44,018 nt of DNA from Armatimonadota bacterium (GTDB lineage: Bacteria > Vulcanimicrobiota > JACPDS01 > JBDRKI01), in NCBI GenBank assembly GCA_043814095.1, contig JBDRKI010000041.1, positions 1 to 44,018 on the forward strand, in the 5' to 3' direction. The notes beneath the pieces were generated by a model. It was not told where the DNA came from. It saw nothing but the letters and a program-made list of their open reading frames with translations, and ran no database searches. The first letter of the stretch is position 1. The number at the start of each line of letters is the position of its first letter. Of the stretch, positions 20,456 through 29,093 are shown one piece after another. A program made the translations under genes and the position numbers.

Positions 20456-21683
20456 CTTTTTTTCCTCTTTTCTTTGTGATCGCGTTATGAGCCATTAACC
20501 TTATCGCATTAATTTTAATAAATCCTTCGGAATCCTGCTGGTTAAAACCGCCTTCAATATCCATGCTGGAAAGGTCTTTATCATATAAAGAGCTGGGAGA
20601 TTTGCGCCCTGTTATAATTACATTTCCTTTGTAAAGCTTAAGCGAAACAACCCCGTCTATTATTTCCTGGCTTTTCTTTATTGCAGACATCAAAAAGTCC
20701 ATCTCCGGGCTGAACCAGAAGCCGTTATAGACAAGTTCGGCGAATTTAGGGCTTAACATATCACGCAGGCGCATAACTTCCCTGTCCATTGCTATGCCTT
20801 CAATATCCATATGAGCGGCGCGAAGGATAGTACCTCCCGGGGTTTCGTAAACACCGCGTGATTTTATGCCTACAAACCTGTTTTCCACGATATCTATGCG
20901 GCCTATCCCGTTTTCGGCTCCAAGCTTATTAAGGTAAGTAAAGAGCTCAAGAGGTTTTGTTTTTATAATTCCGGTGTTTTTATTTATAACTTTTACCGGT
21001 ATCCCGTCTTTGAAATGTATTTCTATATCTGTTTCCTTATCGGGCGCGTCTTTCGGGTTTACTGTAAATTTAAACATGTCTTTATCGGGTGAGCGTAAAG
21101 GGTCTTCAAGAATGCCCGACTCAAAACTTATATGAAGCAGGTTTTCGTCAACACTGTAAGGTTTTTTATGTGTTACGGAAAGTGGAATATTATTTTCTTT
21201 CGCGTAGTTTATAAGATCAGTTCTTCCTTTAAAGCGCGCCAGAAAATCCCTATCTTTCCACGGGGCTATGACTTTAATTTTAGGGTTTAAAGCGTAATAA
21301 CTCAGTTCAAATCTTGCCTGGTCGTTTCCCTTGCCGGTAGAGCCGTGCGATACATATCCGCACTTTTCTTTTTCCGCTATCTCAATCTGCCTTTTTGCTA
21401 TTACAGGCCTGGCGAGGGAAGTGCCGAGCAGGTATCTTCCTTCATAAACGGCGTTTGCCGAGAAAGCCGGGAATATAAAATCGGTAACGAATTCTTCCTT
21501 TAAATCCTCTATATAAACTTTTTTTGCCCCTATTTTCAGTGCTTTTTTTCTGGCTTGGTTAAAATCTTCGTTCTGGCCCACATCAGCAATATATGCTATG
21601 ACTTCAAAACCCTTGTCTATGAGCCATTTAAGTATGCAGGATGTATCAAGTCCGCCGCTGTAAGCAAGTACTACTTTTTTCAT
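20421..21683 (-). CDS. argG: Argininosuccinate synthase
   Basis: [43 protein letters not shown]. Confidence 0.97.
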   Translation of the reverse strand: MKKVVLAYSGGLDTSCILKWLIDKGFEVIAYIADVGQNEDFNQARKKALKIGAKKVYIEDLKEEFVTDFIFPAFSANAVYEGRYLLGTSLARPVIAKRQIEIAEKEKCGYVSHGSTGKGNDQARFELSYYALNPKIKVIAPWKDRDFLARFKGRTDLINYAKENNIPLSVTHKKPYSVDENLLHISFESGILEDPLRSPDKDMFKFTVNPKDAPDKETDIEIHFKDGIPVKVINKNTGIIKTKPLELFTYLNKLGAENGIGRIDIVENRFVGIKSRGVYETPGGTILRAAHMDIEGIAMDREVMRLRDMLSPKFAELVYNGFWFSPEMDFLMSAIKKSQEIIDGVVSLKLYKGNVIITGRKSPSSLYDKDLSSMDIEGGFNQQDSEGFIKINAIRLMAHNAITKKRGKKVETLGKRKKTK

Positions 21684-21705
21684 AATATTGTCCTTTGATT
21701 ATATT

Positions 21706-21735
21706 TACAGGGGTTCAAATTACCGAACCCCTGTA
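21706..21735 (-). other. Hairpin at the predicted 5' end of the argGH mRNA
   Basis: TACAGGGGTTC-8 nt-GAACCCCTGTA directly downstream of the predicted promoter. Confidence 0.55.
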
Positions 21736-21742
21736 CCAGATA

Positions 21743-21771
21743 ATGCTACCATTTTTTAAAAAAAGGGTCAA
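21743..21771 (-). promoter_or_regulatory. Sigma70-type promoter for argGH
   Basis: Minus strand TTGACC-17 bp-TAGCAT with TG extension. Confidence 0.65.
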
Positions 21772-21955
21772 ATTAACGACCGGATAAATAATGTTGCAAA
21801 ATCTACATATATGCATTCAATGCAAAAACATCACTTTTTTGTCAAAAAAAAGTATGTTTTTGTCTCTTTTTCTAATTTATTTTAAAAATACTCCTTTTGA
21901 CGGATATTATTATATCCTCCCTTTCCTTATAATTAAGTTGAGGAAGGTGATATAT

Positions 21956-22594
21956 ATGAGTAACGGAAGTATAGGTCCCGTAAGAAGAATTGAAGTAAGT
22001 TACAGGACTTCATCCTCAAAAACAGATGGTAAAGTTGCCGAGAATATTTATAATACAGCTAAAGATAAAAACTCAGGCGGTATTAATAAGGCCGTCCAGA
22101 TGCTTTATGCTCTCCATAAAGACAGTATTGATGCCGGCGAAAATATCATTGACCAAATGAAAAAAGCCATAAAAGATGTTGATCAGGATATATTAATGAA
22201 ATTAAGAAAAGGTCTTAAATTGGTAAAAGCCAAAGGATTTCCCGCGGATAAAAGAACCTCAGAGATGGTTTCAAGGGGACTGGAATATCTTAAAAGACGC
22301 GGAGATAGCGATTATAATATACATTTATGCGTCCAGATAAGAGAAGATTGCCCGCCGGTAGGAGAAGTTGTAAAAGATCCCGCGATGATTATAGTTTATG
22401 AACCGAAATCCGGAGAAAAAGATAAAAGAATACTTTATCAGCTGGGGGGAAGCGATCCCGTGGATATATATGACGGCGAAAAAGATTTGCCCGTGTACCT
22501 TAAGCGCCTTTCTGACTATCTCGGCAAACAGAATTTTAAGATAAGGCCGCAGAATTATTATGAAGTTGATCCCGTTGGCATGAGGATAAAATAA
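21956..22594 (+). CDS. Hypothetical protein
   Basis: Open frame; likely start ATG 21956 (MSNGSIGP) after GGAAGGTGA. The upstream extension in the track looks non-coding. Confidence 0.7.
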   Translation: MSNGSIGPVRRIEVSYRTSSSKTDGKVAENIYNTAKDKNSGGINKAVQMLYALHKDSIDAGENIIDQMKKAIKDVDQDILMKLRKGLKLVKAKGFPADKRTSEMVSRGLEYLKRRGDSDYNIHLCVQIREDCPPVGEVVKDPAMIIVYEPKSGEKDKRILYQLGGSDPVDIYDGEKDLPVYLKRLSDYLGKQNFKIRPQNYYEVDPVGMRIK

Positions 22595-22643
22595 ATACAA
22601 AAATATTATAATTAAATATTTATAAGTATTTAAAATTCTTACA

Positions 22644-22682
22644 ATAAAAAAACACGTTTAATAAATTGAGCGTGTTTTTTAT
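22644..22682 (+). terminator. Intrinsic terminator
   Basis: ATAAAAAAACACGTTTAAT-aa-ATTGAGCGTGTTTTTTAT. Confidence 0.65.
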
Positions 22683-22747
22683 TATAAAAGAGGGAAAATA
22701 TACCAAAAAAGGAGAATTAATAAATAATATTACGGCAATATAGGAGT

Positions 22748-24001
22748 TTGATAATGTTGAAAAAAGTCAGAGTTAAGCCGAAATCATGGAAGCCATATGA
22801 AGGGGTTATAGGCAAAAACCAGATTGATAAGTTAAAACAGCTGGCTAAAAAACTTAAAAAAGCAAAAATACTCCATGTTAACGCGACATCTTACGGGGGA
22901 GGGGTGGCCGAAATCCTGCATAATATGGTTCCACTCATGAATGACCTGGGACTGGATGCCGAATGGCGGATAATAGAAGGAAATAATAAATTTTTTGACA
23001 TTACAAAACTTATGCATAACGGCCTTCAGGGCTGTGAAGTCCCCTGGACTCCTAAAATAAGGCAGATATACCTTAACCAGAACGAATATAATGCCAAACT
23101 GCTCAAGGATAAATATGATTTTGTGGTTATACATGATCCCCAGCCCGCGGCAATGCTTTATTTCATGAAAAAATTTAAAAACAAGTTAAAAGGAAAATTT
23201 GTATGGCGGTGCCATATTGATCTCAGCAATACGTTTATGCCCGTATGGGATTTTGTAAGAACTTATGTGGAAGAATACGACTGCGCTATTTTTACTTTAA
23301 AAGAATATTTGAAATCACAGCTTACGGTTAAGAGTATTAAATTTATTCCACCTTCAATAGACCCGTTAAGCGATAAGAATAAAAAACTTACAGAAGAGAT
23401 GCAGGAAAAATTGATAAGGAATAAATGCAGTATCAGGATGGAAGATCCTCTCTTAACACAGATCTCCCGTTTTGACCCGTGGAAAGACCCCATGGGCGTC
23501 ATGGACGCCTACAGAATTGTAAAGGAGAAAATACCGAAGCTCCAGCTTGTTATGCTTGCAACAATGGCAAGTGATGATCCGGAAGGGATGCACTATCTTA
23601 AAAAGGCGCAGAGACACAGAGGCAAAGATAAAGATATCCACCTTATAGCCGAGGAGCAGGGAGTTGATAATTCGCTTGATGTAAACGCGTTTCAGTCATA
23701 TTCCGATGTGATACTGCAAAAATCCATAAGAGAGGGTTTCGGCTTGACGGTAACTGAAGCCATGTGGAAAGGCACTCCTGTAGTCGCCGGGAACGTGGGC
23801 GGGATAAAGATACAGATTGCCAACGGCTTAAACGGGTTTTTGGTTGATTCCGTTGAGGAATGCGCCGAAAGAGTGAAATATCCTTTAAAACACCCGGAAG
23901 AAGCAAAGAAAATAGGGCAGAGGGGGAGAAGGTCGGTTAGAAATCATTACCTTATCCACCGGCATATAAAAGATTATCTGGAGATGTTTTTGTCTCTTTA
24001 A
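22748..24001 (+). CDS. treT: Trehalose synthase TreT-type GT4 glycosyltransferase
   Basis: HVNAT.YGGGVAEIL, IHDPQP, WRCHID, SRFDPWKDP, EGFGLTVTEAMWK. Start may be ATG 22754. Confidence 0.85.
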   Translation: MIMLKKVRVKPKSWKPYEGVIGKNQIDKLKQLAKKLKKAKILHVNATSYGGGVAEILHNMVPLMNDLGLDAEWRIIEGNNKFFDITKLMHNGLQGCEVPWTPKIRQIYLNQNEYNAKLLKDKYDFVVIHDPQPAAMLYFMKKFKNKLKGKFVWRCHIDLSNTFMPVWDFVRTYVEEYDCAIFTLKEYLKSQLTVKSIKFIPPSIDPLSDKNKKLTEEMQEKLIRNKCSIRMEDPLLTQISRFDPWKDPMGVMDAYRIVKEKIPKLQLVMLATMASDDPEGMHYLKKAQRHRGKDKDIHLIAEEQGVDNSLDVNAFQSYSDVILQKSIREGFGLTVTEAMWKGTPVVAGNVGGIKIQIANGLNGFLVDSVEECAERVKYPLKHPEEAKKIGQRGRRSVRNHYLIHRHIKDYLEMFLSL

Positions 24002-24034
24002 TTTGTTTTGAATCTTATTTTAACAGGAGGGCAA

Positions 24035-24772
24035 ATGTCAAAAAAAGCATTAAGCTTTGTGGTGTTTTTCCTTTCACTGGTATTTATCGCAGGCAGTTTC
24101 ACTTATCCTGTGTATTCCTGCGACAGCGCGAATACTCTTCCTAAAGGCAAGTCGTCCGTTGAGGTGGACTGGGAGAGAATAAGGTACAGGAACGGCGATC
24201 TGGATATTTACAACCACAACTATTTTTATTACGGGATTACTGATAATCTCCAACTTAAGCTGGTTCAGCCCTTTTTAAACCAGCAGAATGCTGCTACCGG
24301 CGCCATCTATAACGGCAGGGCGGATACTACTTTACAGTTTAATTACAGATTTCAAAATGAGACGAAAACCCGCCCGGGGCTTGCTGTTGAATTATATACG
24401 GACTTCAATAATGCAAGAGATCTTCCTTCGGCCGCCGGCCATGGCGATTACGGCATAACTTTTGTCATGTCAAAGAATTTCACCGATAAATTTGAAGGAG
24501 AGTTTAATTTATGCCATCAGATTAATACCCCCACTCACATCAACCAGATAAATTATGAAAGCGCCCTTCAGACCAAGATCACGGACAATATTCTTTTGCG
24601 GTGCGAGTATAGGGGAAAAGCTTTTATGAACAATACAAACTGGTCTGAGCTGTATTTGTTCCCGGGATTTCAATTTAATGAACATATTTATTTTGCGCCT
24701 AAATATGTTGTCGGGCTGAATGATGATTCTCCCAAAAATCATTATATATTAGACCTGGTAATTAATTTTTAA
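24035..24772 (+). CDS. Putative outer-membrane beta-barrel ('transporter'/MetA-pathway-like) protein
   Basis: Signal peptide, A.TLPKG, YGITDNLQL, G.AD..L..NYRF, C-terminal F; ATG after AGGAGG. Confidence 0.65.
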   Translation: MSKKALSFVVFFLSLVFIAGSFTYPVYSCDSANTLPKGKSSVEVDWERIRYRNGDLDIYNHNYFYYGITDNLQLKLVQPFLNQQNAATGAIYNGRADTTLQFNYRFQNETKTRPGLAVELYTDFNNARDLPSAAGHGDYGITFVMSKNFTDKFEGEFNLCHQINTPTHINQINYESALQTKITDNILLRCEYRGKAFMNNTNWSELYLFPGFQFNEHIYFAPKYVVGLNDDSPKNHYILDLVINF

Positions 24773-24810
24773 AAAAAACAATAAATGATATTAACAGCTT
24801 GGAGAATTAT

Positions 24811-25536
24811 ATGAAAAATATTTTTGCGTTTATAGGGAGCCCCCTTAAGGAAAAATCAAATACATTTACACTTACGAAAATGATGCTGGACCGTATTCTT
24901 GAGATTGATAACAATGTTAATATTGACGCGTATACCGCAGGCAGTTTAAAGCTTGAGTTCTGCAGGGGATGCTGGCAGTGTATGACAAGGGGGTTCTGCC
25001 CGCAGGACGCAAATGACAATATGGGGCCTCTGAAGGAAAAAATGCTTGAAGCCGATTTTATTATCCTCGGGTCTCCGGTATATACCGTTTCCGTATCGGG
25101 GCAGACAAAGACTTTTTTTGACCGCCTCTGTTCCTGGTATCACATGATAAGGCTGGCTGGCAAGCCCGGCATGAGCGTTGTTACAACGGCGCATGACGCG
25201 GCAGGTGAAGTGCATGAATTTATGACGATGCTTATGAGCGCCCTTGGCATCTATTCCGTTGCACGGCTTTCAGCTTTTGCTTATTTTCCAGGTGTTTATG
25301 CTGACCAGCAGAAAGCCAAAGATGATGCTGTAAAAACAGCTGAAATAATTTACCCTTATATTTCAGGAGAAAAGAAAGCTGAATCCAATCAGTATATGGA
25401 AGAGGCTTTTGCCGTTATGAAGAAAAAGGTTCTTTACGGCAAGAAATATCTCGGCGCGGATTATGAATATTGGGAAAAGAACGGCATGCTGGATATTAAC
25501 TCCTATGGCGAACTTCTTGAGAAAAAAAGAAAATAA
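24811..25536 (+). CDS. Flavodoxin-family iron-sulfur flavoprotein (NADPH-dependent FMN reductase fold)
   Basis: GSP....SNT, CRGCWQC.....C (CX2CX2CX5C), ADFIILGSPVY...VSGQ.K.FFDR, LAGKPG. Confidence 0.9.
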   Translation: MKNIFAFIGSPLKEKSNTFTLTKMMLDRILEIDNNVNIDAYTAGSLKLEFCRGCWQCMTRGFCPQDANDNMGPLKEKMLEADFIILGSPVYTVSVSGQTKTFFDRLCSWYHMIRLAGKPGMSVVTTAHDAAGEVHEFMTMLMSALGIYSVARLSAFAYFPGVYADQQKAKDDAVKTAEIIYPYISGEKKAESNQYMEEAFAVMKKKVLYGKKYLGADYEYWEKNGMLDINSYGELLEKKRK

Positions 25537-25539
25537 TTT

Positions 25540-27279
25540 TTAATTGTTATGTCCGGCAGGCGAGTCAAGAGCTTTTTTTAAGGAGAAATAAAACGTTGTG
25601 CCTTCTCCGGGCTTGCTTTTAAAAGTGATTTGAGATCCGTGTCCTTCAAGGAATTTTTTTACGATAAAAAGTCCGAGCCCTGTTTTCTGGAGTTTGTCTT
25701 TTCTGGACGAGAATTTTTTAAAAAGATTTGCCTGTCCGTCTTCCGGTATTCCCGTGCCGGTATCGGCCACTTCTATATTTATAAGTTCGCCAGCATCTTT
25801 TGCCGTTATCTTTATTTCTCCTTTTTCCGGAGTGTACCGTACGGCGTTGTTTATAAGATTATTAAATATTCTTTCTACTTTCAGGCAGTCGGCGTATACT
25901 CTTGTGTTTTCCGGAGCGTAAACTTCCAAAGAAATATTTTTTTTACTTACTATAGGCGTAAAGATATGTTTTAAATTGCTAAGCGCTTCATTTAGAGAAA
26001 AATTTTCAAAATCAAATTCCATATTATCAGATTCTATTTTTGAAGCTTCAACAATATTACGTATCATGTTAATAAGAATTCTGCCGGAATATTGTATATC
26101 TTCCACAAATTCTTTTTTTTCATCTGGCATCTCGCCCAGATCCGGGTCTGACAAGAGGTCGGCATAACCCATAATAGCGGCAAGGGGCGATTGAAGATCA
26201 TGAACAAGAATGGCTAAGAATTCTTCGCGCATTTTATTCAGTGATTCTTCGGCCTCCTTCCTCTTGGTGATATCAACCATTATCCCCCTTAACCCGGTTA
26301 TGTTTTGGTGGGCATATACGCGCTGGGAATATACGGACACCAAGAAGGTATTGCCGCTGCGTTTTAATGCAGTGTATTCTTCACCCGTGAAATGTCCGTC
26401 TTCCGGCAGTTTCTGCAGGGTTTCTTTGATTTTCAACCGTTCCCCGGGGGTAAAAAGCTCGGATATGGTAAGTCCGCTTTCAATATCTTTTTGCGTGTAT
26501 TCGAAAGCTTCCAGCGCTTTGGCATTAAGAAAAGTAATTGTTCCGCGCAGATCCGCTTCAAATACCGACTGGGGCAGGGAATTTATAATATCCCGCATTC
26601 TTTTTTCTTTTTCGGCAAGCATTGATTCAAACAGGTTTTTCATTTTTATTTCACGCAGAATGACTGTTATGGAAAAAATAATTACGGCAATAGCCAAAAG
26701 ATTTCCCAGTATGATGGCGGCAAGCGCGTACTTGCCGTTTATGGCAATGCAGATGTCTCTTTTTTCAATTTCCGCGGTTTCTTCTTTTTCAAACAGGGAT
26801 ATTTCAGTGTTTATTTGTTCCGTAAGAGCTTCGCCTCTGCCCGTAGCGATTATTTTTTCCGCTTCTTCTTCTCCAAGCAGCGTTCTTGTTTTAATAACTT
26901 TATCAAGATATTCAAGTCTTTGTTCAACGGCTTCCCCAATATCATTAATTTTATTTAGGCTTGTTTTGCGATTATACAGTTTAGCGATTTCTGATAATTT
27001 TTTTATATCGAAAAACACCCTGTCTTCCATTAAGCTGTATTTTTTAAGATAGGACTCATCGCCCGTGATTACATAACCTCTTGAAATAGCCTGTAGCCGG
27101 TTTGTATCGGCAAGCAGGGTTTTAAGGTTAATTATAATTCGGACGGATTGATACCGCTGTTTCGCGGAGTCAAGGGCATTGTAGATTGACAGAAAGGAAA
27201 AGGCGCTGATCAAGATAACAAAAAAAAGAACCAGCACAAAACCTGTTAGAACCCTTAAGGAAAGAATATCTTTTTTCAT
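25540..27279 (-). CDS. Sensor histidine kinase with CHASE3-like and PAS domains
   Basis: RGYVITGDESYL (CHASE3), PAS segment, VHDLQSPL H-box, NLINNAVRY, DTG.GI, GLGLFIV, G.GTTF. Confidence 0.92.
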   Translation of the reverse strand: MKKDILSLRVLTGFVLVLFFVILISAFSFLSIYNALDSAKQRYQSVRIIINLKTLLADTNRLQAISRGYVITGDESYLKKYSLMEDRVFFDIKKLSEIAKLYNRKTSLNKINDIGEAVEQRLEYLDKVIKTRTLLGEEEAEKIIATGRGEALTEQINTEISLFEKEETAEIEKRDICIAINGKYALAAIILGNLLAIAVIIFSITVILREIKMKNLFESMLAEKEKRMRDIINSLPQSVFEADLRGTITFLNAKALEAFEYTQKDIESGLTISELFTPGERLKIKETLQKLPEDGHFTGEEYTALKRSGNTFLVSVYSQRVYAHQNITGLRGIMVDITKRKEAEESLNKMREEFLAILVHDLQSPLAAIMGYADLLSDPDLGEMPDEKKEFVEDIQYSGRILINMIRNIVEASKIESDNMEFDFENFSLNEALSNLKHIFTPIVSKKNISLEVYAPENTRVYADCLKVERIFNNLINNAVRYTPEKGEIKITAKDAGELINIEVADTGTGIPEDGQANLFKKFSSRKDKLQKTGLGLFIVKKFLEGHGSQITFKSKPGEGTTFYFSLKKALDSPAGHNN

Positions 27280-27336
27280 ATTAAAACTAATAATTCGTTT
27301 TTGAATACAAAAATCCTGTAAAAGAGGATTATAAAA

Positions 27337-27384
27337 TTTAATATGTGTTTTTTTTCACAAAATCTTCAAAAAACACATATTAAA
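27337..27384. repeat. Perfect 17-bp inverted repeat upstream of the histidine kinase
   Basis: TTTAATATGTGTTTTTT-14 nt-AAAAAACACATATTAAA. Confidence 0.75.
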
Positions 27385-27690
27385 AACACAAAAAACCGTT
27401 ATAAATAAGAAAAAATTTCAAAAAGATGTTTTTTTGTTTTTTTTAAGCATGACCATCAATTTTTAATCCTGTTCAAAACGGTATATGTAAACAGTAAAAA
27501 ATCTTTAAAAATAAAGAAAATTACAAATGTGAAGAAGTTGTGAAGAATTAATAACTTTAAAAATGGCTTAAAATAAGAAAATATGGACACATAAAAAAAA
27601 ACGCAAATAAAGAAAAATTTACGTCTTTCCACTTTGTTTATAACTGTCTTCTCACCTATATTATAGCACAAAAAGGGTATATTTTTCAAG

Positions 27691-27719
27691 TAGACTTTTT
27701 GCCTTCCCGGTGCTATTAT
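27691..27719 (+). promoter_or_regulatory. Sigma70-type promoter driving the long leader and the alanine-free gene
   Basis: TAGACT-17 bp-TATTAT with TG extension. Confidence 0.7.
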
Positions 27720-27725
27720 ACAGTC

Positions 27726-28037
27726 AGAAGGAAGAGAGTCACCTGCCGCACCTTGAAAACAGAGACATGAAAAAGAGAATGAAGGGATATTGATTTTAGG
27801 TACCGAGCGCGAGGTATCCAAAATCAGCATCTAATCGGACTCTTAAAAATCTTCACGATCCTGCCTCTTGTATTAATCTTCTAAGTGTTTGCCGGTTTTA
27901 TTCTTGCTTGTTTTATGTTAAGCAGCAGCTGCTAATTATTATGGCCATAATAATAACATAGAAAAAGAAAGGGTAAGGCCTCGAACTAATACAGCCCAAA
28001 AAACTAAGGGTTAAAATTTTGAAAGGGGGAATCTATC
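27726..28037 (+). ncRNA. Candidate structured 5' leader / cis-regulatory RNA (unclassified)
   Basis: boxA-like GCACCTTGAAAAC at 27748, long hairpin 27786..27831, nested palindromes 27911..27963; no known riboswitch recognised. Confidence 0.45.
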
Positions 28038-28943
28038 ATGATTACCAAAACAATTAACAACCAAAAAACCAGTACCGTAAAAGGCGGTACAACAAATCAG
28101 GAAACTTTAACGAAGGTTTCAGTAAGAAAAGTAGTTGGATTTATCTGCACTCCCGAGGGAGAAAAAGGGTCTACTTATGAGCTTACCAGAAGTCTGGTTG
28201 AAAGACTGGTCAGCGAAAACAGCAACATGAGCGGCGAGCTCATAACAATAACCGAACCCATACTGCAGAACCGTCCGACCCAGGATGTTATGGAGAACTT
28301 ATCTTATAATTATTCAAAGGGTAACACCAATTATAAGGGAGTAAACGGCAGCATAAACACAATTAACACTCTGATAGAAAAAATGATAAATTCAGACGTG
28401 GTAATTTTCTCAACATCCGTAGACAGCACGCATATACCCAGCCAGGTTATGTTATTCTTCAAGGGCCTCGGCGAATGGCTCTACAGATTTCCGCTGGTAG
28501 GTAAAACCGGAATTATAATAGTCACATCACCCGAATCTGATGTGCAGAACACGGTTAAATACATTTCGGATTCAATGATGACAACCGGTATTAAATGTGT
28601 AGGAACTCTTATAAGCAAAACCGATTCAAACGGCAACCTTATAAGCTCCGAAAGCATGCAGCAGGGAATCAAAAATCTTTGCAGCGAAATTTCACCTTAC
28701 ATAACCGGTGAAAGAAAAATAGAATCAGACACAGGTCTTGAAAATATTTTTCACTCTGTAAAGAGGAGAGTTGTAACAAGCTACAACCTGTCTCCCGAGT
28801 ATAAATACTGGAGAGAAAGAGGTCTGCTTACGGTAGACTCTTTCAGCCAGCTGCTTGATACACTGCGCGAAGACAGCACCTATGAAAGCACAACCACTCC
28901 CCAGTCCGGCACAATAACAACCACTTCAGTTGTTCTGGTATAA
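28038..28943 (+). CDS. Alanine-free, degenerate flavodoxin-fold paralog of 24811..25536
   Basis: Aligns along its length with the paralog (EKM..SD.VI, LVGKTG, PYI.GE.K.ES, Y.YW...G.L...S...LL). Zero Ala in 301 aa; Fe-S Cys motif absent; AAAGGGGG RBS. Confidence 0.85.
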   Translation: MITKTINNQKTSTVKGGTTNQETLTKVSVRKVVGFICTPEGEKGSTYELTRSLVERLVSENSNMSGELITITEPILQNRPTQDVMENLSYNYSKGNTNYKGVNGSINTINTLIEKMINSDVVIFSTSVDSTHIPSQVMLFFKGLGEWLYRFPLVGKTGIIIVTSPESDVQNTVKYISDSMMTTGIKCVGTLISKTDSNGNLISSESMQQGIKNLCSEISPYITGERKIESDTGLENIFHSVKRRVVTSYNLSPEYKYWRERGLLTVDSFSQLLDTLREDSTYESTTTPQSGTITTTSVVLV

Positions 28944-28959
28944 CCAGGGCATCTTGTAA

Positions 28960-28996
28960 AAATAAAGGGCGTCCTGTAAAGGGGCGTCCTTTATTT
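28960..28996 (+). terminator. Intrinsic terminator
   Basis: AAATAAAGGGCGTCCT-gtaaa-GGGGCGTCCTTTATTT. Confidence 0.7.
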
Positions 28997-29093
28997 ATAT
29001 TTATGCAAAATTTATTTATGCGGGATGCTATGCAAAGGGAAAGAGATACATTTCAAGAATTTACTTAAGTATAAAAAAAGAGGGGTAAAGTTT

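Noticed and set aside
21812-21824. ARG box upstream of argG (TGCATTCAATGCA)
   Set aside because: Half-site spacing is 3 rather than 4 nt, there is a single copy, and it lies about 40 bp upstream of the -35 box.
26210-27052. 280-aa antisense ORF and similar shadows (e.g. 15196..15594, 29012..29482, 36151..36609, 37700..38188)
   Set aside because: They lie opposite well-supported genes and show no motifs or RBSs; they are codon-bias shadows.
27795-27812. T-box riboswitch (AGGTACCG resembles GGTGGTACCGCG)
   Set aside because: The UGGN bulge needed to pair with tRNA NCCA is absent, and I see no specifier stem or following terminator.
27456-27830. 124-aa minus-strand ORF in the track
   Set aside because: Phe/Ile-rich translation of AT-rich intergenic DNA overlapping the promoter and leader; no RBS or motif.
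27919-27945. tmRNA tag-like LAAAA* on the minus strand
   Set aside because: It is preceded by in-frame stop codons, and no tRNA-like ends of tmRNA are visible.
28038-28943. Genetic-code reassignment, or DNA-level GC avoidance, as the cause of the missing alanine
   Set aside because: Neighbouring conserved enzymes use GCN at conserved Ala positions, and GC dinucleotides are common in the other codon positions of this gene.
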